Position numbers and translations under genes: made by a program. This document shows, one piece after another, positions 54,116 to 64,000 of a stretch of DNA of 64,000 nt. The notes under the pieces are model-generated. The model was not told the DNA's origin. It saw only the letters and a program-made list of their open reading frames with translations, and did no database searches. The DNA is taken from contig DBHK01000010.1 of NCBI GenBank assembly GCA_002295635.1, positions 5,926 to 69,925 on the forward strand, given 5' to 3'. Each line of letters opens with the position of its first letter. Within the stretch, counting starts at the first letter, position 1. This DNA is from Alphaproteobacteria bacterium UBA830. GTDB taxonomy: Bacteria; Pseudomonadota; Alphaproteobacteria; MPNO01; UBA830.

Positions 54116-57100
54116 CTATGCATCCAACAACTTTTCTACGCCGGGTAAATAAGCTACAGCGGCCCGAAATTCGCCGGTTAGTGCTATCTTTTTAGGCAAA
54201 TCTATCTCCACCTCATGATTATTATCCGTCCCCACGATAAGGACGACCTTGCACTTTCCAGGCTGGCCTGCGTTGAGCGCGTGTTGGATTCCAGGAAGCG
54301 ACCTTTCATCGTTGATCACGATTTTTAGCCCGGTGGATGCCGCGGCCAACACTTCGTCCAACGGACGAATTTTCGTAGCCGATAGCCGCGTCCCATCGCC
54401 TTCCGCTCGTATCTCAATATTCAACAGCACTCTCTGCCCACTCTCCAATAGCTCTCGGCTGGTAGAAAGTAGTTCAGAAAATAGCACCACCTCGAAAACA
54501 CCGGACGAGTCAGATAATTGTACAAATGCAAATCGATTGCCTTTGGCAGAGGTCCGTTCCTGGCGGCTAATGACCACACCGGCGACTTTGGGCGACGTAC
54601 CTACCATTGCAGCAGTCAGTTCGTTGGCCGGAGTTACCCGAAGGTGGCGCAGCTGGCCCGCATAGGCGTCAAGTGGATGGGCCGACAGGTAAGACCCAAC
54701 AGCCTCAAATTCATGGGTGAGGCGTTCCATTAAAGGCCAATCCAGAGTGTCAGGGAGGCGGAGCCGCATATTGTCATCCTCCCCAACAACAGCGTCGAAG
54801 AGACTCTCTTGGCCACTCGACCGTTCCTGCGCCGATTGGACGGCGAGGCGCATGACGCTCTCCGCACCTTCGAACAAGCGCTTACGGTTAGCGTCGAGGC
54901 TGTCCAATGCACCCGCTCGGACTAAATTTTCGAACTGACGCTTATTGGCTCCAGTCTGACCAAGACGAGTCGCGTAATCGGCTAGATCCGCGTAATCGCC
55001 ATTCGTAGATCTCTCTGCCACCAAATCATCCATTGCTTGGCGACCCACATTCTTAATTGCGGCAAGCGCGTAGCGGACCGCGGGAACGGTTGCACCGTTG
55101 ACAATAGACTCAACTCCGAAGACGACCCCAGACTTATTGATATCGGGCGGCAATAACGGAATCTTCAACCTGTCCAGTTCCTGGCGGAAGGCATTAAGCT
55201 TGTCGGTATTACCCAAATCTAGAGTCATAGAAGCAGCAAGAAACTCAACAGGATAATTAGCTTTAAGATATGCGGTTTGATAGGCCACAAGCGCATAAGC
55301 TGCAGCATGGGACTTGTTGAATCCGTATCCCGCAAACTTGTCGACCTGATCGAAAATGAGACCAGCCTTTGCCCGGTCGACGCCATTCCCTACCGCGCCT
55401 TCGACGAAATCGTTCCTCTGAGCCTCCATTTCCGACGCAATCTTTTTACCCATGGCGCGGCGCAATAAGTCGGCGCTACCTAGCGAATAACCAGATAATA
55501 CCTGAGCAATCTGCATCACTTGTTCTTGGTAGATCATCACACCATATGTTTCTTCGAGAATTGGCTGAAGCGTCGGGTAGAGGTAATCTGGCTCTTCCTC
55601 ACCGTGCTTGCATGCTATATAGCGCGGGATGTTATCCATCGGTCCCGGACGATAAAGTGCTACCAGAGCGATGATATCCTCGAACGTATCCGGACGCATA
55701 TTGCGGAGCACGTCTCGCATGCCGGAGCTTTCTAATTGAAAAACGCCGACTGTGTCACCCTTGGACAGCATTGCGAAGGTCTCTTTGTCTGACAGCGGCA
55801 GGTTGAGCAGATCTGGCGGGGCTTCCCGCTTCGCAATCAACTCGATAGCCCGCTGCAAAACGGTAAGCGTCTTCAGACCAAGAAAATCAAACTTCACAAG
55901 ACCAGCCGACTCCGCGTATTTCATAGAAAACTGGGTCGCCGGCATATCGGAGCGCGGATCCTTGTAGAGAGGTACTAGCTCCGCCAGCCTCCGATCGCCA
56001 ATAATTACGCCAGCAGCATGGGTTGATGCATGCCGAAATAGACCCTCCAGCTTCAGTGAATGATCGATCAGCTGGGCAACACTTTCGTCGTCCTCACGCA
56101 GCGACTGCAATTGGGGCTCGCCGTCAATTGCTTCCTGCAATGTTGGTGGGTGCGCAGGGTTAAACGGCACAAGTTTGGTAATCTTATCGACTTGGCCGTA
56201 CGGCATCCCGAGTACGCGACCGACATCTCGCAGCACGGCGCGAGCCTGGAGCTTTCCGAAGGTGATAATCTGCGCTACTTTTTCCTCGCCGTATTTATCC
56301 TGAACATAGCGTATCACTTCGTCGCGACGATCTTGGCAGAAATCGACATCGAAGTCAGGCATCGATACGCGCTCCGGGTTTAGAAAACGTTCAAACAGAA
56401 GCCCAAACTTTAATGGGTCTAGATCGGTGATAGTCAGGGCCCATGCAACGACAGAGCCGGCGCCCGAACCGCGACCTGGCCCTACTGGAATACCCTGCTC
56501 TTTAGACCACTGAATGAAGTCCGCAACGATAAGAAAATAGCCGGAAAAACCCATTTTTATGATGACATTCAGCTCGAATTCTAGTCTCTCGCGATATGGC
56601 CTGAACGTCTCTTCCGCCGCCTCTTCAGTTATTTCCGCGTTATAAACATGGTTCTTTAGGCGAGCATCCAGTCCTTTTTTCGCCATTAAGCGCAGCGCCT
56701 CTTCTTCATTCGAAATACCCTCAATTTCAAATGGGGGCAGAATTGGGTCTCGCTCCATTGGCATATAGGCACAGCGTTTTGCAATAACTACCGTATTGTC
56801 GATCGCCTCCGGCAGATCAGCAAATAACTCGCGCATTTCGTCGGCCGATTTAAAATGGTGGTGCTTGGTAAGACGGCGCCGGTCCCGCTCCACGACATAG
56901 GTTCCGCCCGCGATGCATAGCAGCGCATCATGCGCCTCATGCATATCAATGGTAGAAAAATAGGCATCATTAGTGGCAACCAACGGAATATCGTAATCGT
57001 AGGCGAGTTTCAGAAGCCCCGCCTCTATCTGACGCTCCAATGTTGTTCCATGTCGTTGAATCTCGATATAAAAGCGGCCCGGAAATATTTTAGCTAAACT

Positions 57101-57595
57101 TTTACACATTACCTCTGCCGCCGTCCCCTGACCTTCGGAGACCAACCGCCCCAACGGCCCATCGGGGCCGCCCGATAAACACAGTAGGCCGTCGGATCGT
57201 TGAGAAATCTTCTCCAACGTTGTGTGGGTATCACCGTGATCAGTAGTAAGAAACGCATTGGACGTAATTTCCATCAGGTTCTCGTAGCCCTCTTCATCCT
57301 TTACAAGGAGAACTAATCGATCATGGCGTGTAACCTCCCCCTTACCGCCAGTTTTGTGGGCCGCCGCTCCTTCTCGCGCGACATCCATCTGTGTGCCGAT
57401 GATCGGTTGGATGCCGGATTGCGATGCAACATGGGCGAATTCGAGTGCGCCAAACAGATTGTTAGTATCAGTAACCGCGACTGCTGGATATTCATGCAAC
57501 TTACATAACTCGACCAACTGTGAAAGCTTGATAGCCCCCTCGGATAGAGAATATGCAGTGTGCACCCGAAGATGGATGAAACTCGGATCAATCAT
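54116..57595 (-). CDS. dnaE: DNA polymerase III alpha subunit
   Basis: PHP HLRVH.YS, GRGSGAGS, PDFDVD, KFDFLGL, YGFNKSH and a C-terminal OB fold. Confidence 0.98.
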   Translation of the reverse strand: MIDPSFIHLRVHTAYSLSEGAIKLSQLVELCKLHEYPAVAVTDTNNLFGALEFAHVASQSGIQPIIGTQMDVAREGAAAHKTGGKGEVTRHDRLVLLVKDEEGYENLMEITSNAFLTTDHGDTHTTLEKISQRSDGLLCLSGGPDGPLGRLVSEGQGTAAEVMCKSLAKIFPGRFYIEIQRHGTTLERQIEAGLLKLAYDYDIPLVATNDAYFSTIDMHEAHDALLCIAGGTYVVERDRRRLTKHHHFKSADEMRELFADLPEAIDNTVVIAKRCAYMPMERDPILPPFEIEGISNEEEALRLMAKKGLDARLKNHVYNAEITEEAAEETFRPYRERLEFELNVIIKMGFSGYFLIVADFIQWSKEQGIPVGPGRGSGAGSVVAWALTITDLDPLKFGLLFERFLNPERVSMPDFDVDFCQDRRDEVIRYVQDKYGEEKVAQIITFGKLQARAVLRDVGRVLGMPYGQVDKITKLVPFNPAHPPTLQEAIDGEPQLQSLREDDESVAQLIDHSLKLEGLFRHASTHAAGVIIGDRRLAELVPLYKDPRSDMPATQFSMKYAESAGLVKFDFLGLKTLTVLQRAIELIAKREAPPDLLNLPLSDKETFAMLSKGDTVGVFQLESSGMRDVLRNMRPDTFEDIIALVALYRPGPMDNIPRYIACKHGEEEPDYLYPTLQPILEETYGVMIYQEQVMQIAQVLSGYSLGSADLLRRAMGKKIASEMEAQRNDFVEGAVGNGVDRAKAGLIFDQVDKFAGYGFNKSHAAAYALVAYQTAYLKANYPVEFLAASMTLDLGNTDKLNAFRQELDRLKIPLLPPDINKSGVVFGVESIVNGATVPAVRYALAAIKNVGRQAMDDLVAERSTNGDYADLADYATRLGQTGANKRQFENLVRAGALDSLDANRKRLFEGAESVMRLAVQSAQERSSGQESLFDAVVGEDDNMRLRLPDTLDWPLMERLTHEFEAVGSYLSAHPLDAYAGQLRHLRVTPANELTAAMVGTSPKVAGVVISRQERTSAKGNRFAFVQLSDSSGVFEVVLFSELLSTSRELLESGQRVLLNIEIRAEGDGTRLSATKIRPLDEVLAAASTGLKIVINDERSLPGIQHALNAGQPGKCKVVLIVGTDNNHEVEIDLPKKIALTGEFRAAVAYLPGVEKLLDA

Positions 57596-57705
57596 CCGTT
57601 AAGCTTATAGCGAATCGCAAACCTATGGAGATGTGTGCGTCAAATTTTTTGCGAATTAATCCGCACGCATATACCGTTACCCTGAAAACTATAAATACGG
57701 GCTGT

Positions 57706-57740
57706 AAAAAGAGAAACCCAATTTCTGACTAGATTTGGGT
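57706..57740 (-). terminator. Putative intrinsic terminator after lolD
   Basis: Minus strand reads ACCCAAATCT-AGTC-AGAAATTGGGT followed by TTCTCTTTTT. Confidence 0.5.
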
Positions 57741-57750
57741 AATTAGAACT

Positions 57751-58431
57751 TCAAACTTCTTCCATCATTCCACCGCGGATCGTCAGCGTTCTGTCTAGGC
57801 GAGATGCCAAATTAGGATTATGGGTAGCTACGAGTGCAGACACACCCGTATCACGGGTAAGCGCCATCAACAACTCAAAAACCCGCTCAGCGGTCTCTTG
57901 GTCAAGGTTACCCGTAGGCTCATCGGCGATTAGCAAGTCCGGTCTATTTGCCATGGCACGGGCAATGGCTACGCGCTGTTGTTCGCCCCCCGAAAGTTTT
58001 GCTGGCCGGTGAGTAGCTCGCTCAGCGAGGCCTACCATATCCAGTAATACCTGCGCCCTCTCCTGAGCAACAGACTTCGATTGCGCTGCGATCATTTGCG
58101 GCACGACTATATTTTCCAAAGCTGAAAATTCAGGCAATAGGTGGTGAAACTGATAGATGAAACCGATGGTTTTACGCCGCAGAGCTGAGCGCTTCTCATC
58201 AGTGAGCGGGCTACAGTCAACACCGGCGACCCAGATTCTGCCTTCATCGGGGCGCTCGAGAAGTCCCGCTATATGTAGCAGCGTCGATTTGCCGGCTCCT
58301 GATGGGCCAACCAGGGCAACGGTTTCCCCGGGCTGTATAGTTAACGAAGCACCACGAAGGACTTGGAGATGGTTATCCGCCTGTTTAAACGTTCGTCGAA
58401 TATCCTCTAGTGCCAACGCAGCGTCACTCAT
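57751..58431 (-). CDS. lolD: Lipoprotein-releasing ABC ATPase
   Basis: GPSGAGKS, LolD motif GFIYQFHHLLPEF, LSGGE and DEPTGNLD. Confidence 0.95.
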   Translation of the reverse strand: MSDAALALEDIRRTFKQADNHLQVLRGASLTIQPGETVALVGPSGAGKSTLLHIAGLLERPDEGRIWVAGVDCSPLTDEKRSALRRKTIGFIYQFHHLLPEFSALENIVVPQMIAAQSKSVAQERAQVLLDMVGLAERATHRPAKLSGGEQQRVAIARAMANRPDLLIADEPTGNLDQETAERVFELLMALTRDTGVSALVATHNPNLASRLDRTLTIRGGMMEEV

Positions 58432-59674
58432 ATCGTAGCGCCTCTACCGGATCTAGGCGAGCAGCACGCCATGCTGGGTAAAGTACGGCCAGAAAAGATA
58501 GGCCGAGAGACATACAGATGATGCTTATCACATCGGAGGTCTCGACAACCGACGGCAACTGCGACAGGAAATAGATCTCTGCCGCAAAAAGTTCAGTCCC
58601 AGTCAAAGCCTGCAGCAACTGTCTAATTGTTTCTATGTTGTCAGCAAAGACAATGCCAAGAATGAAACCAATAGCCGTTCCGATTATCCCGACAGAGGCA
58701 CCCGCAAGTAGGAAAACGCGCATCACCATGCTGCGCGTCGCCCCCATCGTACGCAGAATTGCAATATCGCGACCCTTATCTTTTACCATCATAATCATGC
58801 CCGAAATGATGTTAAACGCTGCGACCAATATAATCAGCGTCAAGATAAGAAACATCACGTTGCGTTCCACCTTGATCGCATTGAAAAAACTAGAGTTAGC
58901 TTGTTGCCAGTCCACGATGCGCAGGGGTCGATCCGCCGCGTGATCGATATCGATACGTGTTTTGGGCACCAGGTCGGGATCTTCGAGGAAAACCTCAATA
59001 TTTGTCACCGCCCCTTTCGAGCGGAAGTAAATCTGGGCGGCTTCAAGCGGCATAAATACAAAACTTGAATCGTACTCAAACATACCGATCTCGAACACAG
59101 CGGCGATACGATATCGTTTGCTTCTCGGGATGCTACCAAATGCAGTAGGATTCGACTGCGGCGATACCAGTCGGATTGTATCACCCGTCTTCACTCCAAA
59201 TTTCGTAGAAAATCGGGACCCCACGATCACACTGTTCCGGCCCTTAAAATCGTCTAACGTCCCGGCGCGGATGTTATCCGCAATTATCTTGCGCTCCCGG
59301 ATATCGTCAGGCCGCACTCCTCGAACTATAGCGCCGGCTGCAACATTGTTAGCACTGACGAGTGCTTGACCCTCGACAGTTGGTATAACCCGCGTAACGC
59401 CTTTGATTAGGGCGATCTTATCCGCAAGAGAATCAAAATTAGTCAAAGGCTGATTGTTTAACTCATATACCCCAAGGTGACCATTCAATCCTAGTATCCG
59501 TTGCAAAAGTTCGGCGCGAAATCCATTCATCACTGACATAACAATAATCAGGGTGGCCACCCCTAATGCTATACCAGTCAACGAAAATCCCGCGATTACG
59601 GATACAAAACCTTCTTCCCGCCGCGCGCGAAGGTAACGGAGCGCTACCATCCGCTCAAAGGCGTTAAATATCAT
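58424..59674 (-). CDS. lolC: Lipoprotein-releasing ABC permease LolC/E (single-gene, LolF-type)
   Basis: [30 protein letters not shown] and [17 protein letters not shown]. Confidence 0.92.
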   Translation of the reverse strand: MIFNAFERMVALRYLRARREEGFVSVIAGFSLTGIALGVATLIIVMSVMNGFRAELLQRILGLNGHLGVYELNNQPLTNFDSLADKIALIKGVTRVIPTVEGQALVSANNVAAGAIVRGVRPDDIRERKIIADNIRAGTLDDFKGRNSVIVGSRFSTKFGVKTGDTIRLVSPQSNPTAFGSIPRSKRYRIAAVFEIGMFEYDSSFVFMPLEAAQIYFRSKGAVTNIEVFLEDPDLVPKTRIDIDHAADRPLRIVDWQQANSSFFNAIKVERNVMFLILTLIILVAAFNIISGMIMMVKDKGRDIAILRTMGATRSMVMRVFLLAGASVGIIGTAIGFILGIVFADNIETIRQLLQALTGTELFAAEIYFLSQLPSVVETSDVISIICMSLGLSFLAVLYPAWRAARLDPVEALRYE

Positions 59675-60984
59675 CCTATAAGCCGAGCAATTGCGGATTC
59701 GAGAGAAACCTCCGCGGTCTCACCGCTGGCTCGGTTCTTCAAATCGACAACTCCACTCTTAAGGCCACGGGGTCCGGCCACGATCTGCCATGGAATACCA
59801 ATCAGATCCATGTCCGCGAATTTGGCCCCGGCTCGTTCGTCGCGGTCCTCATACAGTGGATCTTTACCGGCCGCCTTTAGCTTAACGTAAAGATCCTCAC
59901 AAATTGAAACGCAATCCGCATCACCAATTTTGAGATTGATCACGGCCACCCCAAAGGGCGCCACCGACTCTGGCCAAACAATCCCATTGTCGTCATGGAA
60001 AGCTTCGATAATCCCGCCAACTAAACGCGAAACACCGATACCATATGAGCCCATTTCGGGGAACAATTGGTCCCCGTCGGGACCAGTGACTAGCGCGTTC
60101 ATCGCCTCCGAATATTTTGTGCCGAAATAGAATATATGGCCGACCTCGATACCACGGGCTTTGACCAAAGCATCACCTATCTTAGCCGCCTCGGTTTTGT
60201 CATGTTTTTCGTCACTCGCCGCGTAAAAGCTTATCCACCGATCGACTACTGGCTGTAGGTCGACACTATAATCTACGTCGTGGTCCAGTACGTCAAACTC
60301 CAGCAGCTCCCGGTGACAAAACACCTCGCTCTCGCCGGTCTCGGCAAGAATAACGAATTCATGGCTCAGGTCACCGCCGATAGGCCCCGTGTCCGCGGCC
60401 AGCGGGATAACTTTAAGACCCATCCTCGCAAAGGTTCGTAGGTACGCGACGAACATTTTATTATATGTGGCGCGTGCGCCTTCGTATGTCAGGTCGAAAG
60501 AATAGGAATCTTTCATCAGGAATTCTCGACCACGCATCACTCCAAACCGAGGTCTAACTTCGTCTCGGAATTTCCATTGAATGTGATAGAGAAGCTTGGG
60601 TAGATCCTTATAGCTACGGATATGGGCGCGAACAATTTCTGTTATCATTTCCTCATTTGTCGGCCCATAGAGCATGTCACGGTCATGTCGGTCTCGGATT
60701 CGTAACATTTCGGCACCATAATCGGCAAAACGGCCACTTTCCTGCCATAACTCCGCAGGCTGGATGGTTGGCATCAGCAGTTCCTGACAACCCGCAGCAT
60801 CCTGTTCCTCACGAATGATCTGCTCAATCTTGCGAAGAACACGAAGGCCTAGCGGTAGCCAAGAATATATTCCGGCGCTGGACTGACGGATCATTCCGGC
60901 ACGCAGCATTAATCGATGTGAAACAATTTGCGCCTCCGCGGGATCTTCCTTGAGCGTCGGCAGAAAATATTGCGACATACGCAT
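59671..60984 (-). CDS. proS: Proline--tRNA ligase (short form without editing domain)
   Basis: [29 protein letters not shown] and YGIGVSR. Confidence 0.97.
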   Translation of the reverse strand: MRMSQYFLPTLKEDPAEAQIVSHRLMLRAGMIRQSSAGIYSWLPLGLRVLRKIEQIIREEQDAAGCQELLMPTIQPAELWQESGRFADYGAEMLRIRDRHDRDMLYGPTNEEMITEIVRAHIRSYKDLPKLLYHIQWKFRDEVRPRFGVMRGREFLMKDSYSFDLTYEGARATYNKMFVAYLRTFARMGLKVIPLAADTGPIGGDLSHEFVILAETGESEVFCHRELLEFDVLDHDVDYSVDLQPVVDRWISFYAASDEKHDKTEAAKIGDALVKARGIEVGHIFYFGTKYSEAMNALVTGPDGDQLFPEMGSYGIGVSRLVGGIIEAFHDDNGIVWPESVAPFGVAVINLKIGDADCVSICEDLYVKLKAAGKDPLYEDRDERAGAKFADMDLIGIPWQIVAGPRGLKSGVVDLKNRASGETAEVSLESAIARLIG

Positions 60985-61259
60985 GAGCGAAACAGCCTCC
61001 CTTAACGTGCGAGGCGAACATACGTAATGGCGGATCGACCCGCAACGTAAACTGGGGCAACAAAAACCTAGTTACTGTAAGATTTAATTCAACGGCCCTA
61101 TAATTCTAGGCCGCCCGCGGGCCAAGTTTTCTCAGAAATTCCGTATTGTAGTTCGGGATCTCGTTTTACATCGGTCTTTTTAGACAACCCATTTATCAAA
61201 TCAGACCAACTCCTCTCAGAATTCTTGACAGATTGCCTTCTTAGCTGTTTCGTCGCCAG

Positions 61260-62972
61260 ATGGTTCGTTTTTCCCTTTTCGCGGTCGCAACCGCAGCCGT
61301 GTTATGCGCTATTTGGCGGACCTATCAGTTCGGTGACATTGATCTGGTCAGCGATCAGGCGTTTTTTACCCAGTGGGTTCGAAGGCTTTCAGAGTCGACG
61401 CACCTGCTGCCTCCAAACGAGGAAGGCGGCGCATGGCCACTGGAACTGATCCGCGATGAGAGGAATTTCCTAGGCGTACTACTTGGGCAAATATACCAAG
61501 CACATTCTCTGATATTCACCGTCGTCTCAGTCTTGCTGTATCTTATATCAGCGGCTTTTTTTGGTGCATCGGTAGAGACCATTGTTGCGGTTAGTATCGC
61601 ATTCAGCGCGACGGCACTGTTTCTCTTATCCGCATTTCCCGCCTTCATCCGAAATATTTCCGGGATCAGTGATCGCGGCGCGGTAACAATGATTGCGATA
61701 ATCCTTGTTTTGGCCTGCAGCAACTCATTCTTCAACGTCTTTTCCGCTTTCGGTCCGCACAATGCAGGGGTCATGACCCTTATACTAGCGGTTATTGTCA
61801 CACAAATATGGGTCACCCCAAGCCAAGCTGGGGTAACACATACTTCGACAAGGCTACTAACAATTGCAATGTTTGTGAGTCAATTAGCTGCCGTATACAC
61901 GCATTATGCCAACGTTTTTATTTTGCCCGCAGCTACCGTGATGGCGTTGGCATTGCAACCCAACACCGAACTTCTGAAGCGAGTAGTCTCAATTATCAAG
62001 TATTCATTGATCATGGTGCTTGCTTTTCTGCCATGGATCGCAGTTGTTATCGTTTATGACCCTTCCATTGGTGGCGGCAACAGTAAGCAGACTTTCGGTG
62101 GTCAACTGGCGACATTTGTTTTTTCAAATAATGGGTGGCCGGCTTCAAATGCGATAGGCCGCATTACCCATTGGTTTAAAGAAGCTAGCGCTTTCTATTC
62201 GGTACCAGGTCTAGCACTAGGTATGGTCGGAGTTGTTGGTCTTGCCTGGCGTAATGGAACGACGTTACCGTTCACAATCGTTCTTACCCATATTCTGATG
62301 GGAATCTTTCTTGGAATATTTGGTCAGTACGACCGTACGGTGGCATATTTGATTCCTATGTTGATTCTAGGTGGCGGCTGGACAATCTACATAGCTGGTA
62401 CATGTGTTTTCGAGAAAACACGGCCAGCCTCAGTACCTAAAACAATTGGTCTCGCCGTGGCTAGCTTAGTCGCCATCTCTACGACCCTGCACATTGCGGT
62501 AGAGATTCCGAGACTTATGGCACCGGATTCGGTTAAGAATTGGGGTCCTCTGGTAGGGCCCTCCCACTGGAAATCTGTGGTCGCTGAGTTTGACCGACGG
62601 ATCCCGATCGGGTCGTACCTAATTCCGTGGGACTATGGGACGCATCATCAATATCGTTCTATGTCGGAGAAGGCGGGTCATACAATCAAGGTAATGAGGC
62701 CATTAGAAACCTTGGACTCGCACGGAAAAAGCGGAACCTTAAAACACTATATCCACTCCCGCGGCCTTACATTATCGGCTGATAATCCGGTATTCATATT
62801 AGCTCCCAAAACAATTGAGATCGATAGGATTCGCAGCGCTTTCAGCGCCGTGGTAGGCCAGAAGGGGTTTGGATTAGCAACCGTTAAAAAATTCATATTG
62901 GTTGGTGAACGGACACTGCCGCGCCGGAAGCACGGCCCCGGAGGGATCCATCTCTACCTCGTTAAATGGTAA
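61260..62972 (+). CDS. Polytopic membrane protein, probable GT-C fold (ArnT/PMT-like) glycosyltransferase
   Basis: 570 aa with about 11-12 hydrophobic segments, an Asp in the first loop (DLVSDQAFF), a YTHY motif and a C-terminal soluble domain. The family assignment is inferred. Confidence 0.55.
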   Translation: MVRFSLFAVATAAVLCAIWRTYQFGDIDLVSDQAFFTQWVRRLSESTHLLPPNEEGGAWPLELIRDERNFLGVLLGQIYQAHSLIFTVVSVLLYLISAAFFGASVETIVAVSIAFSATALFLLSAFPAFIRNISGISDRGAVTMIAIILVLACSNSFFNVFSAFGPHNAGVMTLILAVIVTQIWVTPSQAGVTHTSTRLLTIAMFVSQLAAVYTHYANVFILPAATVMALALQPNTELLKRVVSIIKYSLIMVLAFLPWIAVVIVYDPSIGGGNSKQTFGGQLATFVFSNNGWPASNAIGRITHWFKEASAFYSVPGLALGMVGVVGLAWRNGTTLPFTIVLTHILMGIFLGIFGQYDRTVAYLIPMLILGGGWTIYIAGTCVFEKTRPASVPKTIGLAVASLVAISTTLHIAVEIPRLMAPDSVKNWGPLVGPSHWKSVVAEFDRRIPIGSYLIPWDYGTHHQYRSMSEKAGHTIKVMRPLETLDSHGKSGTLKHYIHSRGLTLSADNPVFILAPKTIEIDRIRSAFSAVVGQKGFGLATVKKFILVGERTLPRRKHGPGGIHLYLVKW

Positions 62973-63277
62973 CGCCTCCAAAACCAGCCGTCTTTCTGAA
63001 CTCAACGTTAACAGTACGGATCGCGCCATCGTCAGCCGTAATCATTTGAGCGAACAGAGCATCCCGCGACCTTCCTGCTCGCTGAGTTCGATACATGATT
63101 AACGCGATTTAATTCAAATCAATTACCTCTGGGTCAGTTCATACCCCGGCTAACACCCAACATTTTTGACTCTTGGAGATAAGGCCTCTACTGCCCTACA
63201 CAAACAATCAGGCGTATCCAGCATGGAGTAGCTCGCTTCCGGCGGCCGCAATAAGGCTAAAAGCCTCTCTAATTCGG

Positions 63278-63312
63278 AAAAAAGGCGGCAGCGGTTCTTA
63301 TCCGCGGCCGCC
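63278..63312 (-). terminator. Rho-independent terminator after the BMP gene
   Basis: Minus strand reads GGCGGCCGCGG-ATAAGAA-CCGCTGCCGCC-TTTTTT. Confidence 0.8.
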
Positions 63313-63332
63313 CATGCACTTTTGCCACCTCT

Positions 63333-64000
63333 TTACTTCGGAATCGTTCCCTCAACACCTTGAACATAAAACTTCATACCTGCCATTAGGCCGTCATCGG
63401 CATTCTTACCAGCGGCCACTCTGACCTTGCCGGATTGATCCCTGATTTCTCCCTTAAAAGGATGGATCTTGCCGGCGATAATTCCTTTCCGGGTTTCCTC
63501 AGCCAACTGAACAACCTTTGCAGGAATAGCCGGATTATACGGTGCCATCTTGACCATACCTTCCTTGAAACCATCCCAAGTATCTCTCTGCTTCCAGGTT
63601 CCACCCATGACCGCTTTCGTCCGAGCGATGTAATAAGGCGCCCAATCATCGATTATGGCGGTCAGATGAGCCTTCTCGCCAAAGTTTGTCATATCCGATG
63701 CCTGCCCGACGGCCCATACGCCACGTTTTTGTGCAACCTGGACAGGTGCAGGACTATCAGTATGCTGCATTATAACGTCCGCGCCTTGGTCGATAAGGGT
63801 CTTCGCCGCATCGGCTTCTTTGCCGGGATCAAACCAAGTGAATACCCATACAATCTTAATCTTGATATTGGGATTAACTGATTTCGCCGCTAGGTACGTG
63901 GCATTTATACCACGAATAACCTCTGGTATTGGGAATGATGCAACGTACCCAATCGTATTTGTCTTTGTCATATTCCCGACAATTTTACCGACCACGTATC
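63333..64000 (-). CDS. BMP-family ABC substrate-binding protein (purine/nucleoside-type), 5' end outside the window
   Basis: SFPIPEV.RGINA, W..WFDP.KE, QHTDS and GQASD; the frame stays open to the window edge. Confidence 0.88.
   Translation of the reverse strand, partial: YVVGKIVGNMTKTNTIGYVASFPIPEVIRGINATYLAAKSVNPNIKIKIVWVFTWFDPGKEADAAKTLIDQGADVIMQHTDSPAPVQVAQKRGVWAVGQASDMTNFGEKAHLTAIIDDWAPYYIARTKAVMGGTWKQRDTWDGFKEGMVKMAPYNPAIPAKVVQLAEETRKGIIAGKIHPFKGEIRDQSGKVRVAAGKNADDGLMAGMKFYVQGVEGTIPK

Noticed and set aside
54116-57595. Possible intein or split in dnaE
   Set aside because: Normal length (1159 aa) with contiguous motifs.
59671-60984. ProRS lacks the INS editing domain
   Set aside because: This is the typical short alphaproteobacterial ProRS.
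63099-63112. CtrA-like TTAA...TTAA pairs (also at 30951-30963 and 38966-38977)
   Set aside because: The spacers are not 7 nt, so they do not match TTAA-N7-TTAA.

Overview
Core chromosome of a roughly 50% GC alphaproteobacterium, most likely Rhodospirillales-like; the taxon is inferred from gene order and protein motifs. About 58 CDSs lie in well-known conserved clusters. On the minus strand: dusB-ntrB-ntrC-ntrY-ntrX-trkA-dat-HAD-hfq-hflX(partial). On the plus strand: ispDF-pgpA-cinA. On the minus strand: tpiA-secG-pyrG-kdsA-eno-ftsB-pdhA-pdhB-pdhC-lpdA-lipA-ratA. On the plus strand: ppiD, trpD-trpC-moaC-moeA-lexA and gltX-gltA. On the minus strand: proS-lolC/E-lolD-dnaE-rpsB-tsf-pyrH-frr-uppS-cdsA-dxr-rseP-bamA-skp-lpxD-fabZ-lpxA-lpxI-lpxB-gloA, plus a partial BMP-family ABC binding protein at the right edge. 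I saw no tRNA, rRNA, CRISPR array, IS element or prophage. Four lone genes interrupt the usual synteny: a CcsA/YpjD-like membrane protein, a DUF429-like RNase H-fold protein, a GNAT, and a GT-C-like membrane protein. trpE/trpG, comEC and trkH are missing from positions where many relatives carry them. The most interesting signal is regulatory. The pyrG (CTP synthase) promoter has T6-C7-C8-A9 after its -10 box, and A9 is the A of the start codon. This is the geometry of the CTP-sensing start-site switch of enteric pyrC, and here it would toggle between a leaderless and a 2-nt-leader mRNA. This is a hypothesis, not a demonstrated system.
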